DNA from: Candidatus Adlerbacteria bacterium
Lineage (GTDB): Bacteria > Patescibacteriota > Minisyncoccia > Phycocordibacterales > SBAW01
DNA length: 64,000 nucleotides
Reading direction: 5' to 3'
Assembly: GCA_037135035.1 (NCBI GenBank)
Contig: JBAXLB010000001.1
Location: 23,102 to 87,101 of the forward strand
The notes under the pieces are model-generated. The model had not been told where the DNA came from, searched no databases, and was given only the letters and a program-made list of their open reading frames with translations. The translations under genes were made by a program, and so were the position numbers. Of the stretch, positions 59,381 through 64,000 are shown piece after piece. The number at the start of each line of letters is the position of its first letter. Position 1 is the first letter of the stretch.

Positions 59381-59456
59381 GCCGCCTTAGCTCAGTTGGT
59401 AGAGCAACTCTTTTGTAAAGAGAAGGTCCCCAGTTCAAATCTGGGAGGCGGCTCCA
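59381..59456 (+). tRNA. tRNA-Thr(TGT)
   Basis: Cloverleaf with GCCGCCT/AGGCGGC acceptor stem, GCTC/GAGC D-arm, TTTGTAA anticodon loop, GTTCAAATC T-loop and encoded CCA; TATAAT at 59367-59372. Confidence 0.95.
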
Positions 59457-59461
59457 AAAAG

Positions 59462-60145
59462 TTAGTTTGAAGCTTTTGTAGAAGTTGCGGCGGTTGAGGT
59501 TGCGAGGGTTTTTAACTCTGGGATAAGCTTTTCGACTTCGTCGAGAGTTTTAAAGCCATACACTGGTGCGCGATTGTTAACTATAAACGCAGGCAGCGGG
59601 CCTTGTAGTTTTTGTAATGCAATAAGTGTCTTTACTGCCGAGAGGTCGAGGTTGTAGTCGAACGAATATACGCGGAGCCCCGGGTATGTTTCCCGCAAGT
59701 AGGAAAGCTCTTGCCCCATGCGGCCGCAGTCTTTGCAGTCACCTCTGTTAGAGTAAAAGTACAGCACAAAGACTGGCTTTGAATGGCATTTTTCTGAAAT
59801 TTGCTGCAGCAAAAGATAGTCTTTAATTTCAAGTAGGGAATACTGCTCTTTTAAATTGATAACCTCTTTGTTGGTAGCTCCCAAGTTTTCTTCTGCGACA
59901 GAAAGGCGGCTTGCGAGAGAGTTAAGCTCATCGGAAAGCACCGGGTTTTCGGCAATTATTTTGCAGTCGAGATGCCCGAGCAGTTCAAACTGTGTTTCGC
60001 TCGAAAGGATGTCGATGGAAATACTTTCTTCCGTTGCGCGGATGTCCGCAATGCGCTGTGTGTCGATCCGTTGTGCGATATAAAATGCGGTACCAAAAAT
60101 CGCCCCAGTGATGACAAATGCGAGGATATATTTCTGCCAGTGCAT
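59462..60145 (-). CDS. Membrane-anchored coiled-coil plus thioredoxin-like protein
   Basis: N-terminal TM; VLYFYSNRGDCKDC (CxxC); VYSFD. Confidence 0.6.
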   Translation of the reverse strand: MHWQKYILAFVITGAIFGTAFYIAQRIDTQRIADIRATEESISIDILSSETQFELLGHLDCKIIAENPVLSDELNSLASRLSVAEENLGATNKEVINLKEQYSLLEIKDYLLLQQISEKCHSKPVFVLYFYSNRGDCKDCGRMGQELSYLRETYPGLRVYSFDYNLDLSAVKTLIALQKLQGPLPAFIVNNRAPVYGFKTLDEVEKLIPELKTLATSTAATSTKASN

Positions 60146-60164
60146 AAAAAATAAATGTTTAAAT

Positions 60165-61400
60165 TTAAACCAACCAACCGCGCTCCTGTGCCCACACAGT
60201 GTCCCACAGTGCGCGGGCTAGCCACAAAGGTGCGATGAAGCCAAACAGCGCAAAGTAGGAGATAAAAGCTTTTAGCGGAAGGCGGGTTTGTGCGATGCGT
60301 TGTCCAAGTACAACGGCCATAAGCGTCATACCAAGTGTTGCAATGACAAGGAAGCTAAGCATGCTGGTGTTAATGTAAAACCACTGTAAGGAATTTGTGG
60401 AGACGTGGGGCGGCACGTGCGTCGCCAACATATCCAACACATGTGTGGAGACGAATTCTGTAATACGCCATACGGTGTAGGATGCAGTATAGAGGCCACC
60501 TAAAAAAGCAACGAGCCCAAAGGGGAGCACGAGTACGCCGAAGTGTCCATATTTCCGGTTGAAGTACATATATGAATAGTCGCGGGAATTCTCTAAAAAA
60601 CCACGCGACCAACGGGTGCGCTGGCGAACAAGTGCCCCGACCGTTGGGGGGACATTGGTATACACAAGTGCTGTGTGTACGTTGGTGATTTTGAGTCCAT
60701 TGGCATGCATGCGGAACGCCATCTCCATATCTTCAGTATGATGGGCTTTGCGGAAGAGGCCTATTTTTTCAAACACACTGCGGCGGTAAATGGAAAATGG
60801 ACCCGGCAAAACAGAAATCGCACTCAGGTTGTCAAACATTTTTTTGTAAAATATGCCGAAGGTATACTCGACCGACTGCATAAGTTCGAGCAGGTTGCGC
60901 GGGTGGTTAACCTTCATCGCAGGTGCAACAGCCATCGCTTCGGGGTCCCGTTCAAATTCTTTGGCGACTTCAAGCAATGCGTCTTTTGCTACAAACGAGT
61001 CGGCGTCGAGGCATCCAACAAGGTCGCTTTCTGAGCGGTTAATGGCGTAGTTGAGCGCGGCATATTTACTACCCTCGTTCTTTTTTTGATAGATCTTAAT
61101 TTGTGGGTTGTGTGCAAAAATTTGCGCTGCCTCATACGTGTTGTCGGTCGAACCGTCGTCGACTATAACAATAGACAGTTTGTCCTTTGGGTAGTCCATT
61201 GCAAGGAGCGACTCCACAGTACCTGCAAGTGTCTTTGCTTTGTTCCAGCAGGGGATAATGATGGTCGTACTTGGGTAGTAATTCGGCAAAGTAGCAGTCT
61301 TCTGTTGGGGGCGTTTTTCCAAGAATGAAATAAGCAAAAAAACCTCGAAATAGAGGCCTACAAACAGGAATATATATATGCCAAATGACCCAATGTCCAT
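60165..61400 (-). CDS. Processive GT2 glycosyltransferase (PgaC/IcaA/cellulose synthase-like)
   Basis: DDGSTD, DAD, TED and QRTRW motifs; C-terminal TMs; start at ATG 61400. Confidence 0.9.
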   Translation of the reverse strand: MDIGSFGIYIFLFVGLYFEVFLLISFLEKRPQQKTATLPNYYPSTTIIIPCWNKAKTLAGTVESLLAMDYPKDKLSIVIVDDGSTDNTYEAAQIFAHNPQIKIYQKKNEGSKYAALNYAINRSESDLVGCLDADSFVAKDALLEVAKEFERDPEAMAVAPAMKVNHPRNLLELMQSVEYTFGIFYKKMFDNLSAISVLPGPFSIYRRSVFEKIGLFRKAHHTEDMEMAFRMHANGLKITNVHTALVYTNVPPTVGALVRQRTRWSRGFLENSRDYSYMYFNRKYGHFGVLVLPFGLVAFLGGLYTASYTVWRITEFVSTHVLDMLATHVPPHVSTNSLQWFYINTSMLSFLVIATLGMTLMAVVLGQRIAQTRLPLKAFISYFALFGFIAPLWLARALWDTVWAQERGWLV

Positions 61401-61406
61401 TTGACG

Positions 61407-61421
61407 ATTATACCGTATAAT
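61407..61421. promoter_or_regulatory. Back-to-back TATAAT -10 elements
   Basis: ATTATA-ccg-TATAAT, 6 and 7 nt from the divergent ATGs at 61400 and 61429. Confidence 0.65.
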
Positions 61422-61428
61422 GCTCTTT

Positions 61429-62187
61429 ATGGAAACTGAAGCGCGCCTGCCCGCCGACCGGCGGGGACACCTGCACCCAATAAGCTCGCTCATACGCGAA
61501 GCCAATAACATCTTCTCCGAGATGGGTTTTACCTTTGCCGAAGGACCGCTTGTGGAAAAGGAATGGTACAACTTTGACGCGCTTAACGTACCCAAGGACC
61601 ACCCAGCCCGCGATATGCAGGACACCTTTTTTATTAAGGATGAAAAAGAGATGGTCTTGCGTACACATTGTTCGCCAGTGCAGGTGCGTTATATAGAAGA
61701 GCAGTTGAAAAAAAATATCCAGCCGCCGTATCGTGTAATAGTTCCTGGGCCTGTATTCCGCAACGAAGCAACTGACATGACGCATGAAGCAGAGTTTTTT
61801 CAAATGGAATGTTTGGTTGTTGGCGAAGATGTTACACTCGCACATCTAAAAGGAACACTGGAAAAATATTTTACAGAAGTATTTAAGGGGGTCAGTGTTG
61901 AAATTCGTTTCCGTCCGAGCTTTTTTCCTTTTACGGAGCCCAGTGTTGAGGTGGATGTGCGCCTGATTGGTGAAAAAGCTCCCGAAAAACTGCGTGGCCG
62001 CTGGATAGAGATGATGGGCGCTGGTATGGTGCACCCGAACGTTATTAAAAATGCAGGCCTCGACCCACAGAAATATCGTGGGTTTGCATTCGGCATGGGT
62101 CTCGACCGTTTGGCTATTTTGCGTTGGGCAATAGACGACATCCGCCTGATGCATTCGGCTGACCTGCGGTTTGTAAATCAGTTTTAA
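61429..62187 (+). CDS. pheS: Phenylalanine-tRNA ligase alpha subunit (no N-terminal coiled coil)
   Basis: GHLHP, NFDALN..HPARDMQDTF, FRPSFFPFTEPS and GFAFGMGLDR motifs. Confidence 0.96.
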   Translation: METEARLPADRRGHLHPISSLIREANNIFSEMGFTFAEGPLVEKEWYNFDALNVPKDHPARDMQDTFFIKDEKEMVLRTHCSPVQVRYIEEQLKKNIQPPYRVIVPGPVFRNEATDMTHEAEFFQMECLVVGEDVTLAHLKGTLEKYFTEVFKGVSVEIRFRPSFFPFTEPSVEVDVRLIGEKAPEKLRGRWIEMMGAGMVHPNVIKNAGLDPQKYRGFAFGMGLDRLAILRWAIDDIRLMHSADLRFVNQF

Positions 62188-62190
62188 TAT

Positions 62191-64000
62191 ATGAAAGTAA
62201 GCAAACTCTGGCTCGATAAATTTTTTGATACACCGCTACCAAGCGCGGATGTTTTGAGTAATGCACTTACGTTCCATGCATTTGAAATAGATGGGGTTGA
62301 AAAGGTCGGCGAGGCTAAACCGTCTGACGGTCGCCCGACGGACGTAAGTCCGTTTAGGGATGAAGTACTGGATGTAAAAGTCACCCCAAACCGCGGCCAC
62401 GACGCGCTTTCGCACCGCGGTATCGCAAAAGAACTTTCTGCGATTTTGAAATTGCCGCTTGCACATGACCCGTTTGTTGTAAGTAGCGACTTCTCTAAAA
62501 AAAGTGCCACAGTTACTGTTTCAATACAGAGTGACCTTTGTAAGCGTTATTTTGCGGCATATATAAAAGGCGTAAAAGTCGGACCCTCGCCAAAATGGCT
62601 TAAAGATAGATTGGAAGCAATTGGCCAGCGCTCCATCAACAATGTTGTGGATGCGACAAACTTCGTCATGTTTAACACCGGCCAACCCTTGCACGCATTT
62701 GATGCGGACAAACTTGGAAGCTTGGACATTGGGGTGCGTTTGGCAAAGGCGGGCGAAAAAATGATGGCGCTCGACGGGAAAGAATATGGGCTGAGTGACT
62801 CCAACCTTGTTATTACTGCGGGAGACGTGGCCGTAGGTATTGCCGGCGTGAAGGGCGGTATGGCATGTGGGATTACCGAAGATACAAAAGATATTGTTAT
62901 AGAGTCAGCAAATTTTGACGGAGTTACTGTGCGTAAAAGTGCAGGAACTTTGAAATTGCGCACCGACGCATCGGCACGGTTCGAACAAGGCATTTCTCCC
63001 GAACTTGCCGCAGAAGGTATGAAAGGGATGTTGGAGTTTGTTGCACACCAAATCGGTGGAGAAGTTGCCGGATTTGTAGATGTGTACCCTGAGCCGCAAC
63101 AGCAAACATATGTGTCCGTCACAGTTGAGCAAGTGAATAAAGTTTTGGGTGCCGAACTTACTGGTGCAGACATTGCTGATGTATTTACTCGACTTGGCCT
63201 CGCATACAAAGAGCAGAGCGGTGTGTTCGAGGTGCAGCCACCATTTGAGCGGCTCGACTTGATTATTGCTGAAGACTTGATCGAAGAAGTCGGCCGTATT
63301 GTTGGCTACGACAAAATCCCTGCAACTCCGCTTCCGGCATTTGAGAAAACTTCTGAGTTAAACCAAAACTTTTATACAGCAGAAAAAGTCCGCGAAGAAC
63401 TGCTCGCGCAAGGATATTCGGAAGTGTTTACCAGTGTTTTTGCACCGAAAGGGGAGCGCGTTGTACTCAATAAAGTTGACGGTGTTAACCCATACCTCCG
63501 CACGACCCTTGTCGACGGACTCAATGCTGCACTCAAGAAAAATATCCCCAACAAAGACCTCTTGGGTTTGAAAGAAGTAAAACTCTTCGAGATTGGAGTT
63601 GTTTGGAAAGATGGGAAAGCCTCGCCCGTGGACGGTCTACGGCCGAGGGAAACAACGATGGTCGGAATCGTGACAGAAAAACAACCAGCTGTAGAAGAGC
63701 CGCTCGCCATGCATGCACCAGGTGTGTTTCCTGCTGAATATCAAAACCTGCCACTTTCAGTAGCTGTGCAATACAAACCGTTTTCTAAATACCCGTACAT
63801 TGTCCGCGATGTTGCTGTGTGGACTCCTGCTGGAACCGATGAAAAAAATGTAGCAGAGATGATACAAAGAGAAGCAGGGGAACTATGTTCAAAAGTTTCT
63901 CTCTTCGACACATTCAGCAAAGGTGAAAAAACTTCGCTCGCATTTCGCCTTATTTTCCAATCGTTTGACAGAACACTCACGGAGGTAGAAGTCAACAAAA
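62191..64000 (+). CDS. pheT: Phenylalanine-tRNA ligase beta subunit, 3'-truncated by window edge
   Basis: Not in the ORF track because there is no stop; MKVSKLWL..VTPNRGHDALSHRGIA..SINNVVDATN..RTDASARFE..EDLIEEVGRIVGY..SLAFRLIFQSFDRTLT. Confidence 0.95.
   Translation, partial: MKVSKLWLDKFFDTPLPSADVLSNALTFHAFEIDGVEKVGEAKPSDGRPTDVSPFRDEVLDVKVTPNRGHDALSHRGIAKELSAILKLPLAHDPFVVSSDFSKKSATVTVSIQSDLCKRYFAAYIKGVKVGPSPKWLKDRLEAIGQRSINNVVDATNFVMFNTGQPLHAFDADKLGSLDIGVRLAKAGEKMMALDGKEYGLSDSNLVITAGDVAVGIAGVKGGMACGITEDTKDIVIESANFDGVTVRKSAGTLKLRTDASARFEQGISPELAAEGMKGMLEFVAHQIGGEVAGFVDVYPEPQQQTYVSVTVEQVNKVLGAELTGADIADVFTRLGLAYKEQSGVFEVQPPFERLDLIIAEDLIEEVGRIVGYDKIPATPLPAFEKTSELNQNFYTAEKVREELLAQGYSEVFTSVFAPKGERVVLNKVDGVNPYLRTTLVDGLNAALKKNIPNKDLLGLKEVKLFEIGVVWKDGKASPVDGLRPRETTMVGIVTEKQPAVEEPLAMHAPGVFPAEYQNLPLSVAVQYKPFSKYPYIVRDVAVWTPAGTDEKNVAEMIQREAGELCSKVSLFDTFSKGEKTSLAFRLIFQSFDRTLTEVEVNK
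63619..63648 (+). repeat. Intragenic palindromic element, copy 3 (in pheT)
   Basis: gcctcgcccgtggacggtctacggccgagg, 30 bp, translated in frame as ASPVDGLRPR. Confidence 0.75.

Noticed and set aside
1-64000. Alternative genetic code 25 (TGA = Gly)
   Set aside because: Genes are full length under code 11 and several end in TGA within ATGA overlaps

Overview
Bacterial chromosome segment using the standard genetic code (TGA is used as a stop). Gene content and style point to a Patescibacteria/CPR (Parcubacteria-like) genome: short PrfA, Tsf, PheS and PheT, a gap-rpiB-rpe-split tkt-pfkB-fba block, and few Shine-Dalgarno motifs. This assignment is an inference. Layout: (1) 1-10 kb, a surface-glycan locus with gmd, fcl-like, ColD-like, GT11, STELLO-like, flippase and O-antigen-ligase/TPR genes; (2) 10-17.6 kb, housekeeping genes murB, secA, ccdA, obgE and gatB; (3) 17.6-47.8 kb, a large accessory cell-surface region; (4) 47.8-64 kb, carbon metabolism and translation genes, tRNA-Thr(TGT), pheS and partial pheT. 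The accessory region holds two HTH-TM proteins (one a 2733-aa repetitive fibre), an esterase with an HTTM pair, seven paralogous exported Cys/His-motif proteins (two fused to cupredoxin-like domains), three tandem secreted mini-fibre proteins (one with YYSQST repeats), and a 62-aa peptide with an adenylate-forming ligase. Three signals stand out. A GIY-YIG gene is bracketed by two tRNA-Thr 5' fragments, each split at the same base by a double-hairpin cassette in opposite orientations. A 27-30 bp palindromic element sits in frame inside ccdA, pfkB and pheT. Leaderless-type, often bidirectional, -10 promoters recur throughout. All family assignments come from motif recognition only; no database searches were run.
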